From: Raillietiella orientalis
Lineage: Eukaryota
DNA: 64,000 nt
Assembly: GCA_036172245.1 (NCBI GenBank)
Contig: JAYWIR010000016.1
Span: 2,046,001-2,110,000, forward strand
Reading direction: 5' to 3'
Under the pieces are notes generated by a model. The model saw only the letters and a program-made list of their open reading frames with translations. It made no database searches and was not told the DNA's origin. Within the stretch, counting starts at the first letter, position 1; the number at the start of each line of letters is the position of its first letter. Of the stretch, positions 52,131 to 64,000 are shown in pieces. The translations under genes and the position numbers were made by a program.

Positions 52131-53989
52131 AGATAACCAAGGAAATCGGAAGCATTTGAAACTAAATTTTTTTTTTCTTTAAAAAAAAAAAAGACACCAT
52201 GAAAACCCCAATACATATTAACAGTAGACGAAAATACTAATAAAATGATTGCAATATCTGAAAGAGGAAAACCTTTCTAGTCACAGCACAATGTACAAAA
52301 ATGTCCCCACTGAACCTTTCCTGACCCAATAATCCTTTCTTTATTGAATAGTGTAGAACTACACTATGCTTTACAATTGCATCAGATCCTGTTCCATGAA
52401 ATTCTATCAAACTGGAAAATTTCAATTTTTCAATTTCTGGAATTTTAATCACATACTTACATAGTTAATCCTTCTCCGACAAAATACCTGGAATCTACAA
52501 TGTGTTTTCCAACTTTTGACATGTGAGTTATAATCAAAAGTAACATGAACTATAACTAAAAATTTTGTAATTCTAGGAAAGGCAGAATTGTTTATTCTTA
52601 TGTACTTTTCGTAACTCCGAAAGTATGTTCCCTTGTTCACTGTGAAAGTTAGAAGATGGAAAAGTTTCTGAAGATTTGGGAAATGTGTATGACAAAACGT
52701 AAGGTACGACTCCAATACGAACGTGTCCACAGAAACAGGAAACGCACGAATGAAGCACGCAAGCTGTGCCGGGTATTCTGGTATTTCTGATTTCCATCAA
52801 ATAGGTTAATAACTTTCTGTAGTACTCGAAATTATATGCATTTAACGCATGAAACAGTAAAAGTTTTATACTTTCATATTAAAGTTTTCCTGCAGCATAC
52901 GAATATTCAGATTACTCAGAAAGCAATTCTGTGCACCTTTCATGCGTATTTCATTACACATCCATTTTCAGTTATTGATTGTGGAGTGCCTTTCTTCCCC
53001 CAAGCTGTAGGAGTCTTCCGAATTTCGCTTTACTTTGGGAATTCATATGCTATCGCAACACTCCACCCGAGAATCGGAAAAAATTATGGGGAAGCCGTTC
53101 AGATTTCCGTTGCTAGCCGAAAGGAACGAAGGCGCGAGCCGGGAGTCTGGAAAGTGCCAACCTCCTTCCGGTCGTTTGCAATTTCGGGAACGTGGGGACT
53201 TTGACAAGGTTGCGCATAGGGAACGAGCGTTCTACCCCACTGCCCACAAATCCGTTCCTTCCGTATGGAGATGAATTTTCCAGCCACCTGTCGATGGAGA
53301 CCACTGAACTCGCACGCAGATTTTTCAATGATTCAGCCATTGCTCATCAACAGAGCAAACAAAAACCATGGGAGCCAGAAAGAGGGAAATTCAGACAACT
53401 GTGTATATGACATACCTATAAATAGGGACGAGAAAGGAAGATGCTTAAAAAAGAATTCCGGATATGGTTTCTTGAATCGAACTGTGCTATTCCAAAATTA
53501 CCTGAACAACACAAAAAAAAAAAAAACGAAAATGAAAAGAAAAAAAAAAAAAACCCTGTAATCCCCTCCCCCCTCCAAAGGGAAGGGGGGGGGAAAAAAA
53601 AGAAAAGCGGCCATTTCATGTGTGAAATGTACACCAATCACTGAAAACAGAAAATCCTCCAAACAGAAACCCATTGTGATATAAAACACTTCCCAGCGTG
53701 CAAAGCTTTCATGGGAGAATCGTTTGGAATCGGGCTTCACTAAGGTTGAACGAACTCGAGCGGTTTTTTTTTTTTTTTTGTCTTGGCTTCCTTTCTTTCT
53801 TTCCTGCACGCACACATTCAAAAGCGTAAAAAGTGCTCGCGGTCCACGAAAGAGACTGCGAGAGGCGGCGATGCGCCGTGATTAATGCTTGGCGCGCTAT
53901 GATGATTCCGCAGTACTCGAAATGTGTGCGCGCACTTTTAGTTGGAAAAAATAAGAGCGAGCAATTCACTTATTTTGGACGCCTTCAGC

Positions 53990-54600
53990 GATGGATACAT
54001 AAAATTTTCCACACTGATGGAGTCCACCTAGGATTCCAAGATTACAGGCCCATCCACGCTGCAAGGCTAATCTTATTGCTGCCAATCACCGCCGGGTCAA
54101 CCAAAAAAGCACACGTCGGCGTTGCGGGACAGAGGATGAAACGCTGTCTCACGTGTTGAGCAGATGCAAGGAGCACGTTCCTCTGACTGTGGCACGCCAC
54201 GATGCGATCCAAGAAATCATCAGGAAGGCAGCAGTGGATGAAGCAAAGCGGAGTCTTGTGTCAGGAAACCGGACAGTGCTCCACCCTAAGACCGGATCCG
54301 GTTCTACCGAAAAAGGGAACCGGATGTGTGTGCTAGACGTCTGCTGCCCACATGATGATGGAAAGGAGGCGTTCAGAACGACCAGGAAGAACAAAGAAGA
54401 AAAATACAAGGATGATGTAGCAATGCGACTGGGAAGTGGTGGAAAACAAAGCACACGCGTTCATCGTCGGTTCTCTGGGAGCACGGGACCCTGGCAACGA
54501 GGAGGTATTGCAGCACATGGGAACACCAAAAAAGGAGCTGGTGGCGACTGAGGCACCGGATGGTGGCTACGTGTATCAAGTGCTATATATGCAACCCACG
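53990..54600 (+). mobile_element. 3' fragment of an RLE-endonuclease non-LTR retrotransposon (NeSL/Utopia-like)
   Basis: FQDYRPIHAARLILL, (C>R)RRCGTEDETLSHVLSRC (CCHC knuckle), ARHDAI, VLDVCCPHDDG.EAF...RKNKEEKY and AFIVGSLGARDPGNEEVL form the ordered C-terminal motif set of NeSL/Utopia-type elements, interrupted by frameshifts. Confidence 0.8.
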
Positions 54601-55003
54601 TCAAAAGGGAAACCGATAACCAACTGGACAATGGTCTCTCACCGGAGGAAATGGGACGAGCGGAGGAAGCACTGTAAAGAGGGGGCGAGGGCAACCCCAA
54701 GGGAAGAGAACCACATACCAAACTTGCAAACAAGCTATGTAATTGCACACAACAAAACAATAAAGTTGCTCATGAAGTATTTTCGTTCCCAAGGGCGCTT
54801 TCAGCATCGGCATTGCACGCATCGGAAATGATTACGCCGGTGTTGCAAGAACATCTCGGAATCCACAAACTCTATGTGAGGTCGGAGGGAGAAGTTACAC
54901 AGTCTGACGAAAGAATTCCTGATGCTCGAATGCGAAATTTGGGATGGAAGAACTCGAGTCCCATCCTTTGATCAGGGAATTTCACGCACCATGCGCCACG
55001 ACT

Positions 55004-57134
55004 TCACCATTCGATTTTTGACGAGCAAAAGTAGCCGTCTTTGGAAGAGGAATGCCGCAAGGATATGTGCAGCGCGTCCACAGCCATTTCGCCAAAGTCG
55101 AAATCAGAGAAAAGCTGCAAAACGGAATCCTCTTGAGTGATTAAACACGCAGTGCACAACCACCGCTTAAGACTTCGAAATCAAAGGCTAACCTGCATGA
55201 TCTTTCGTATGTCGAAGGTTGATTTTTCCTGCTGACTTTGCGGACCTTGGACGTTCTTACTCGCCTTCTTCCTAAAGCTGGAATTCATCAGGGTAAGATG
55301 AAGTTTTAGTTTTTCGTGCTGCTTCTGGATCATCCCTGAAAAAGGGAAAACAGAAACCGACGGATAGAAACACGGGTGATGAGAACACGAGCGCACCCAG
55401 CGAATCGAAGTGATTTTTTATGGATTCGGCCATGGATTCCAATGCACAGCTTTCCATACTAGGTTCTATCGTGGCGTATAAGACACTCACTTCGGATGGG
55501 TCGTCATTCATGTATTCGATCCCTCGAAATGCCACAGCAATTTTTCGCTGAGGTAGTCCAAGAAGTGTCGGCCTAACGACAGAAACTGAGCATAGTGAAG
55601 TTTCTAAGCCTTTCGCATCTTCGTGCAGTGTACGCAAGAGATGGATGGTGCATGCACACGCAACACTGGCACAAAATAGGAAGTCCGTCTGTTCCATCAG
55701 AAAGCGTCGGCAACTGCTGAGGCTTTCTGGTGCAGCATCAAATCAAATCGAAGCAAAAATTCGTAATCCCCAAGCTGCCGAATTAAAACTTACTTGACGA
55801 ATTTTTCCAAACAGACTTGCAATTCGTCCGATGCTTTTTTCCTCTCCTGCTCGTCCATTAGCAGGAGCAGTGCTATCGTGAGGTGAAGTTTCGATGGATT
55901 TTGAAAGATTGCTTCTTCGATGCCATGGCAATCGCCGCAGGATTCAAGGACTCGTTCCTTACAACCAAACACTTTTAGATTCAGTTTGAATGGGAATGTA
56001 CTGTCAATCACGCGAAAATGCACCGGACGCACTGAGGACGGAGCTACTCGTTACTCGTCTTCATTTATTTACCCGTCCAGAAACCCTATTCTTTCGCTAC
56101 AGGCAATTTCTTCTGCCGTGTTCTTAGCAACAGTATTCGCCTTCATACCTTATTTTCGCTTCTTCTTGAGCAGCCGAAGTGTGCTGTCAAAACAGAGACG
56201 TCTCTTGCAAAGTCGAGCTGACAGCACTGCGTGTCGAAATTTATCCATTGTGAGCACCACGCGCGAAAGAAGGCGTACATCCAAGCAGCCGACCGATTTC
56301 CGACCAAGACAGACTTTTTCTGGACATAGGAAAACCAAGCAATACCGCCCTCATTTCAGGAGCACCACGTTCCCGTACGAATGCTCCCTTAATAGAGAGA
56401 GAAAGAACGCTTACAGACTCGAACCACCGAAACCTCATAGTACTGATTGTGGTGAGCCGTCACACGGATCCGCACAGGGAACGTGCAGGCGTGCACCGGG
56501 ACTCCACTTATTGCACCACTTCGCATGCAGGAAACGCGGAAATCGACGGCGTGTCACCTTTTCTGGGGTGCTTGACACGGGGTTTGAGGCAGTCGCCACA
56601 CACCTAACGCTCAGAATAGGAGTGGTCAGAGTAAGAGCGACGACCCATTACCCTCGGAAAAACGAGGCACTTGACCCCCCCTACCCCCCAAAAAAAAGGA
56701 AAAGAAAAAAAAAACTCACGGGAGTGCTTACTTTGAAAATCGAAAATCGTTCTTTGATGGTAGTGCTGACCACCGGTATTGAAATGAAATGAGTAAACGG
56801 CTGTCGTTGGCGTGCGGTTGAAGCAATGATCTCAATTCTTCGGTAAGCAGAAATCACGGCGGACTTTTGATTGCCGGTGATTACTGATGACATAAAGTCA
56901 TTGACTGGACTTTCATTCTACTTGCAAGTATACCAATGTCACCAGAGGTTCCAGATTTGGGGATGACAATTTCAGTTTGGGTTTCCTTTTCGAGTCTCTG
57001 ATGGGTACATCCTTTGTGTCCCACTATGGCTCCAAAAAAACAGGATGGAACATTAATGCTAATCTGGTATTTCCCCGTTCTTATTTCTTGAATGTTCAGC
57101 TCCTCGTCAAATAACTCTGAACTTTCGCAGAGAT
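55004..57134 (-). CDS. ASCC1: Activating signal cointegrator 1 complex subunit 1 (KH + 2H phosphoesterase); first exon(s) unresolved, probably within 57440-57800
   Basis: Exons 57134-56934, 56883-56732, 55957-55794, 55572-55397, 55335-55193 and 55114-55004. Motifs: KH FGAIVGHKG..RLEKETQTEIVIPK, RQRQPFTHF, IFQNPSKLHLTI, GIEYMNDDP, KLHLTLMN (second HxT), LFSDFDFG...HISLR..DGY. Confidence 0.93.
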
Positions 57135-57989
57135 CTAACGAGGGAAAAATAAAACGTCACACACGTATGTGAACCGAGATTTTTTTTTGTAGAATGCTCG
57201 AGGCAATTTCTTTTCAAAGAGAACAACATCCGAGAGGTTTGCAGTTTGTATCAACAGATAGGCCATACATACGGAACAAATCAAGATTAATCACATAATT
57301 CGATACATATAATGCCAGACGAATTGTGAATTGTTCCATTAACCAACAGAAAAAATGGCTGCCAAAAAAAAAAAAAAAAAAAGGAAAAACGAAAAATTGG
57401 TGACAGGAGGTGACGTGTAAAGCAGTCAAAAACTGAAACCGTATCGACGAAGTTGATTCGAATTTATCTGTAAATGGCGACACGCAACAGTAATGGTACA
57501 TGTGGCTTATTACCTGTGGATTTGGCCACGAAGAAACGAAAACGGCGCCACGAGAGAATGTCCACTTATCCTCCTGTCAAAAGGAAAAAAGCATTGCAAA
57601 CGATCTGAAGACACGCTGCGGACCGGTCCGAGGGAAGCTGGAATCGCGAATCTCGCATCCAGAAAGCTACTGGACCGGACAAACGAAATTGGTTTCGTCC
57701 GTCTTGTGGTATTTACTCGGCTTTGCGGTTTTCGAAACTGAAGATGCGGCAAGATCGTTGCTCACAGTCCACGAGGACTGATCGGCAGACATGAAGATGC
57801 CACCGAATAATGCCACTTTTCCTGAAGCCAACGGTCAAAATCCGACGGCTGTACAAAGGAATCCGGCAATGGCACACTTCGCAAATTGTCATCCACATTG
57901 CGTGCGCCGAACTAGAAATCTAGCCAGAGTACGACACATTCTAAGATCACAATTTTTATAAAAGTTTCTCGAATCCATGGATGAGCGAT

Positions 57990-60020
57990 CATGCCACAAA
58001 AAAAATCATCCCCCTAGAGGATTCCCTAGGATTGGAAGGAGAATCTGCCGATACTTCTTCGTCGGTATCTTCGGCCAAGGAAATTGCGACATGCTGTGCC
58101 AGCCGCTGGAGACAACCGAGGTCGAAGTGGGGATCAACAACTTGTAGGTGTCCAACCACCGTGTCCGAACAAGGAAATTCAATCAGGCAATAACGTAAAC
58201 AGAATGCAGACTTCAGCACTGCTATCGATTCGTTTCTTTCACTGCACGGTTATCAACCGCGGAGAAGAAACCTCACATCTGCATCCATGTACCATGATTA
58301 GGAAATCATGAAGAATCATTTGATTTCTCTGCATTGGTTGACGGCGAACATTCCCGCCACCAGTAGCGCTTCGATCACGAAAATTCAAACTTTGAATCGT
58401 ATTCTCGGCTGCACCGCCTTTCTCGTGACTTTCAGAGCGCGGACCCCCAGAGGATATCTTGTGTTGCAACGAGAAGATTTGGACAAGCTTCAGCGAGAGA
58501 AAAGATGCCCTCAGGGGGGACCTGCACCTTCTTAAATGAAGATGACATCATGCACAGCGTCGGTGGCGATCCTTCCCCCTCCGCTCCCTCCCGACATCCA
58601 CGACCACCTCTCTCCCGGGGAACAAAACAGAGGCTGCTGCTCATGTACCGAAAACATCCAAGCACCTCAAAAATTTTACTAGCAGTCTCGAGCTTTCAGC
58701 AGCGCCATCCCTTGATTTCCCTCGTAGCCGGGGTGTTTGTGCTGCAAGCTCGTGGGCAGGTTCCTCTAGACCTGACAGAATTTGATTCACTCTACAAAAG
58801 CGAATCAACTTCATCGCGGAGTCTATTTTGGAATTCACAGCTCTTCACTTGGCAGAACGAAAAGCCACACGTGCACTCGGCTGCACACCTATTCGAGCCA
58901 AACAACACGCAATCGAGCACGCCATGTGAACTGCCATACGAGGCATAGGCGAGGAACCATGGAAACGAACTCGGTGCATGCTGCCTGCCGATCTCCGCGA
59001 TTCCATCTTCGTGAAGGGTAGCAACAGCTTTGCTTCGGCCAGCCAAAAATTTTTTCTTCCGGATGCACACCGGCTGACGGCAGGAGGCGAAAATCCCTTC
59101 TCCTCAAGTACTTATCTTCGCACCATGGACAAAACTCGTTTTTCGTCAGTTCTGCGAATGCACCTCAGCGTGCCCTGCACACCACTCGATGAGAATCCGA
59201 GTCTCCAGCGTAGGCCGGCGTCACATATAACCTATAAGATCAGTCGCTTTGAAACCGGGATGGGTAATCAGTGTTGTGATGCGGAAGAGTAAATCGTTCT
59301 CTGCAATCTTCATTGCTGACTCGGCAGCAAGCAAATTCTCTGTGCAAGCTCCTCTGCAGCGACCTTTACGCACTTCCTTATGCTGTTGTGGCTAATGGAA
59401 GTTTTCTTCGATTCCATTAATCCTCCCTGAGTGGACGATGATGATCCGCCGAGCCGCAGCATGCGACTAGAACCGGGACGAAAAGCGATATTTCACAGGA
59501 GGATGGGGAGCTACGAAAAAACGAAGTACAACACAGCAATCCGCAAGTTGTGGAGATCTCGCCCGGGAGGGATATTGCATACCACGGAGGGGAAAAAGCA
59601 CATTTGTTCTTTCGCTACTTGATTCACGTAGAATGCTGCTTCTGTCTGTTCATACAGGAGGGGAAAAGATCCGTCTTTGCCACCACCTTCTCCGTTCCCG
59701 CTTGATCTGAGATTTACGTCCGGGCAGTTCCAACCTGTGATCGTGCCATTCTTCTCACAACCTTTCCTTTCTCGCTTGCATGAAAATTCCGCGACTCGTT
59801 TCCAGTTTCGGCCTCTTGCAGAATCTTTTCTATCTATACCTCTGCTGGTAAGACCTTTCCTCACTCCGTCCTCCTCCAAGTTCCACCAAGCACTCTTGCA
59901 CGAGCAATTCCCATCTGCAATGCTGCTCTCCCCACATTTTCCTAACGTCAGTCTCGTATTGGAGGGTCTTTATCCCCAAAGACCGATTGTCTGATCCAAC
60001 ACATTTGGCTATTACAGCGA
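57990..60020 (-). mobile_element. Possible decayed RTE-like LINE relic (APE endonuclease to start of RT)
   Basis: Weak ordered echoes: SLGIKTL (TWNVRTL), LRSSG..GG (YSG..GVG), IGRQH (GSDH), AISL...V (ISLL..KV). It is very degenerate. Confidence 0.25.
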
Positions 60021-61699
60021 TTACAATCAAGAAAGGCAGAGAATGGATGAGCTGCAGGTCAGTGTGAATGGTCGCAAAGAGCCAACCTCGTTGAAGGATG
60101 CGTAGAAGGCAAGCAGCGTTTACGTCAGAAGTCCAAAAGTTGAGGCGAGCAATCAAATGTGCCCGACTTCCTGAGAGAGAGGATGGATTGGATTGGGATT
60201 GCGGACGTGTTGGAAAGGATGCCCGAGGTCCCACGGGCAGTGAGTTAGCCCATTAAGACATACACTCTTCGGGCACCTTACATGGACTATATAAAATCGC
60301 TGGTAGCACAAAGGAAACAAACTTAGTAAAGACGCACCGCAGCTGCGTGCTGGCGCGGTCAGAGAAACCTGGAAAGGCCGGCTATGCAGCAGCAAGAAAG
60401 AAGGCGGAAAAAACACGAAGAGTGCGGGCGACTTCCTTATTTGGAAAGTTTTCGCTCAAAGAGAACGAAACCATGAAAATGGAAGTCCCTTCCGGTATCC
60501 TCTCATGCAATCATGACATACTGAGGAAACGAACCTCCTCTTGTCCTGGAATGGAATGAGCTGCAGGTTCGAGGTCACTTCCGGGAAGTGTTTTCCTCGC
60601 AAGGCGAGGCATGGAATGCGGTCCTGCACACCTGAAAGTCCATCAGCATTGCATCCGTTAGCAGGTGTGTGCACACGCCGATGCTTGCAGTAGGCAAAAC
60701 TCCATTAGGAGAACATGGTAGTGGGCTTCTTCTACCACTGTGCCTTCTTGGGCGGAATTCTTTATTAGTCGGTACGCACGTGGCGTACATTCGAAATATC
60801 TTCCGCCTTCGTGGATTTTTCTTTCTTTTTTGGCTTTCGATGTTCACGGAAATTAAATCCGAATTTCGTAACCAATGTTCAAAACTCAAAACTTGGAGCC
60901 ATAATTATTTTAACAGGGCATCAGTGTTTGAAGACTCATCGAATGCTGAGAAAGTACTAAATTCTTTTACGTGGACCTTTCCGATGTGAAATTTTATTTT
61001 CTGGATTTTTTTTTCTTCTTCGAAAGTGCGTTCTGCAGATTCTCAAGAAAGAGGTCCTTTGTATTCTCAAAACACTAGAATCTCGTACCCGAAAGTGATT
61101 TATTATTTCTGGATACGGGAGAAGCACCTGAAAACCTTTCGGAAAAATTTCTTAGGATGCAAAGGCCCGACTCCGCCAGGCTTTTTCCTTTTCCAGCGAA
61201 TTAGCATTGCTATTTACATTGTGCATCTTCCCCTCGAAGTCCCCTGGGACATCTATCGCGCCTCAGTACATAAAAATAATCTTCCTCGTGCACAGATAGC
61301 ACATGGCATCCGCGAGCATCTGGACTTCCGATGTCTGAACTGATCCCACCTCTTACTCACACTTTTGACATGCAAAGACTTCCGAAAGCCCTGACTGAAT
61401 TCAACGCAGGATCGGGGGACAACCTGACTTACTCACCCAGCGGCAAGTTTCTCAGGAAGCCCAATCTTCCCGGAAAGGCAGTTTTCACATTTACTGTTGA
61501 CGGATGTGATAAAACCAATATCGTTAAGGATCCGTTACAGTTTCACCAGTACGGGTTTTGCACAAGTTTTGCCTTTCCCATTTATTATCATGCATACGCA
61601 TACATGTAGGTAGGTAGGTACATGTACAGACCCTCTATATGTCTACATCCTTCTTGTTAAATGTATCTGAATGCTTGCAAACATCTCGCCTTGGCACAC

Positions 61700-62450
61700 G
61701 ACAACATGACTTCGTATAATGAGAACACTCCCACAGAACAGGAATACCGTCTTAAGCTTGCAATCCAGAAATACCTCTGGATTCATATTCGGAAAGCTAA
61801 CGTCGCCATGTTTTCACTGCCTTTGGCACTTGCTTCGCAACGAGGTTATGTTCACTCTTATGGTGGCATTGCCCAAAGATGGAATCATTTTCGCTTGCGT
61901 TAATGATTTCCCATTGAACGTGGTGCTTGAAGCTTTTTGGCGGTCGGGATGTACGGACCTGGGTGGTCGTGTGATGCACGTTTTCCATCAACGCGAGCCG
62001 AGGGGCTGAGCGCTCTACGTGGAACACGTGAGGAAAGTTTAAAGCGCATACTGCTGACCGTCGTGAACCCGTTAGAATGTGACCACGGGTTCACAGCTTC
62101 TCTTTCGAAGAGATGTTAGTACCCGTAACTGCCTTTTCCAGAGGAGCTACTTTTCCTGCATGTATGTGATGAAACACCTTAGAGATGTCCACCGATGAGA
62201 AACCAAGGTCATGGGGCTTTCTTGCAACAACTGATAAGCTTGTGCGACAGCCATTCCTCGAACACGATTCTTGAAACTGGTGAGCCATGTAAACCTCTGG
62301 GTTACATGGCTCACCAGCAAGGAGTTTCCGTGAACATTCTTTGTATCTGCTCTGTGATCACTGAAGAAGTTCGCAAGATGGTTGACGTTGCTTCTTCTCT
62401 CCGTGTTTTCGCTTACTGTTCCAATGGCCATCCCCTGAACCCCCCGGTAA
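61700..62450 (-). mobile_element. Decayed non-LTR RT relic
   Basis: TQRF (Q.GF), VDISKVFHHIH (DISKAFD.V.H), VRTSRP (GV.QG.P) and TLAF (LAFADD) occur in order across frameshifts. Confidence 0.35.
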
Positions 62451-64000
62451 TCGGTTTGCCGCTCCTTTCTTGTTCCCCTTCGCTATGCACTTCCCCACTC
62501 GTGATTCGCAACCAAAGTTTTTCAGACTGTTACCCCAAACAGCCACGAATCAGCAAATGTCAAACTATGGTGGCAATGCAAAAAAAAAAAAAAAAAAAAA
62601 CGCACGCATACACACGAATACCTATGAAAGGGAAAACAGAGAACATTTGCTCAATTGACAATCACCAAAACGACGCGTTCCTTTAAATGAGATTTTTTGA
62701 TATTTGAACTGAATAACAGGAGACAATGATGGAATGTCCAGGAGAAATCGAGGGCGACCCAATGCCGGCAGCAGACTGCAAAGCAGTTGGCATCTCTACC
62801 AGCCACGGTAACATAAAAGCCTTCCAGTACAAAAAAAAATGTTGCTGACATCTTGCTTTCAGCTTAAACTTCCATCCAACTCGCTCACAGTGGCGAAGGC
62901 ACACTCTTCAGTTCTGTACTTCTTGAACGGCACTTCTCAGTGAACAACACAGCTGCTGTGGATTCTGTATGCATGTCCGGAGTAAGCGACACACGTGAAA
63001 AACACGCACACAACCTGCTCATGGTGTCAGATGGACCATCGGAAGTGCACCGTCTGGAAACGCCTCACCTTCCACAAACCAAAGGGGAAAAAAGGGAGCC
63101 AGGTGGCAATTTGAAAGGAAAAAAAAAATTCGTAGAAACCCGGAAGAACGATCGTAATGTAAGAAAAGATGCTACGCAATTCCAATCACCGGAAGAGATA
63201 GCAAAGAACTGAACGAAATACCTAAGGAGGAATGAAGGGAGTGGCGTTCCTGCATCTGACAAAACGGTACGACTCATCTTTTTCTCTCGAATCGATACGA
63301 ATACACTGATCCCCGTTTGTACACATAGTGATTTGGTTCGATCCATAAGGCGGATCACAGTTCATCCAGGACTGCAACCGTAGCAAACCCAGAGGGTTTT
63401 TTTTTTTTTTCCTTTTTACTCCACTTGATTTTCCTCTCGCTGCCAGTTGGTTCTCGGACAAGCTGGTGATCGTTTAAGACAAAGCCACGCAGCACATGCA
63501 CAACCGGAACCGAGTGTGTGGCAAAAACCGAGGTTCACTCGATTTCACGTTCGATGGATGTGCCGCCGCCGTCTACTTCCAAATCCCATCCCTACACATT
63601 GCAGCCCACACTTTGAATGAAAGCAGGTTAATGTGCATACTACTCGACAAGGCCGACATGTGGTACAGTGGATTCAGCAATCCTTCTGGCGCTACCACCT
63701 GCAGCAGCAGACACAAAAGGGAAAACAGGAGAAGGGCTGCGGTGACAAAGTTGACACTTTTCAATCATGTGAAAGTGCACACGAACTCTGCTCATTTGTT
63801 TCGAAATGTATATATGTTTTGGATTGGATAAGACCCGGTAATATTTTCGAAGTCAACCAAAGAGCTTCTTTTCCGATCTCTAAACAGTTTTTCTGATAAA
63901 GCTCTATCGCATGAAAGCATTTGAGGATCGATTTAAGTACCACCGGCCGATTCGAAGAAAACTAATGTTGGTATGAAAAAGCTAACTGATGATGAATGCT

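Noticed and set aside
55920..56792. 290-aa plus-strand ORF antisense to ASCC1
   Set aside because: No recognisable domain, Arg/Ser-rich, and it overlaps ASCC1 exons and intron on the opposite strand.

Overview
Eukaryotic genomic DNA, most consistent with an invertebrate animal that has many 43-60 nt GT-AG introns. Six spliced protein-coding genes can be read by hand: the 3' end of an SLC6 sodium-dependent amino-acid transporter (+), CNPPD1 (-), a BTB-BACK-Kelch gene (-), GGA (-), PCID2 (+, head-to-head with GGA) and ASCC1 (-). Intergenic and intronic DNA holds many old, frameshifted transposon relics: piggyBac, an RLE-type non-LTR element, LINE reverse transcriptase pieces, Bel/Pao and Gypsy integrases, and a Mutator-like transposase. 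The most unusual item is a pair of diverged 0.85-1.0 kb non-coding elements (8635-9490 and 19652-20683). Each has a tRNA-like Pol III head on the minus strand and an array of ~40-nt nested hairpins rich in C-GNA-G loops. Gene names come from recalled family motifs, not database searches, and all exon boundaries were read by eye.
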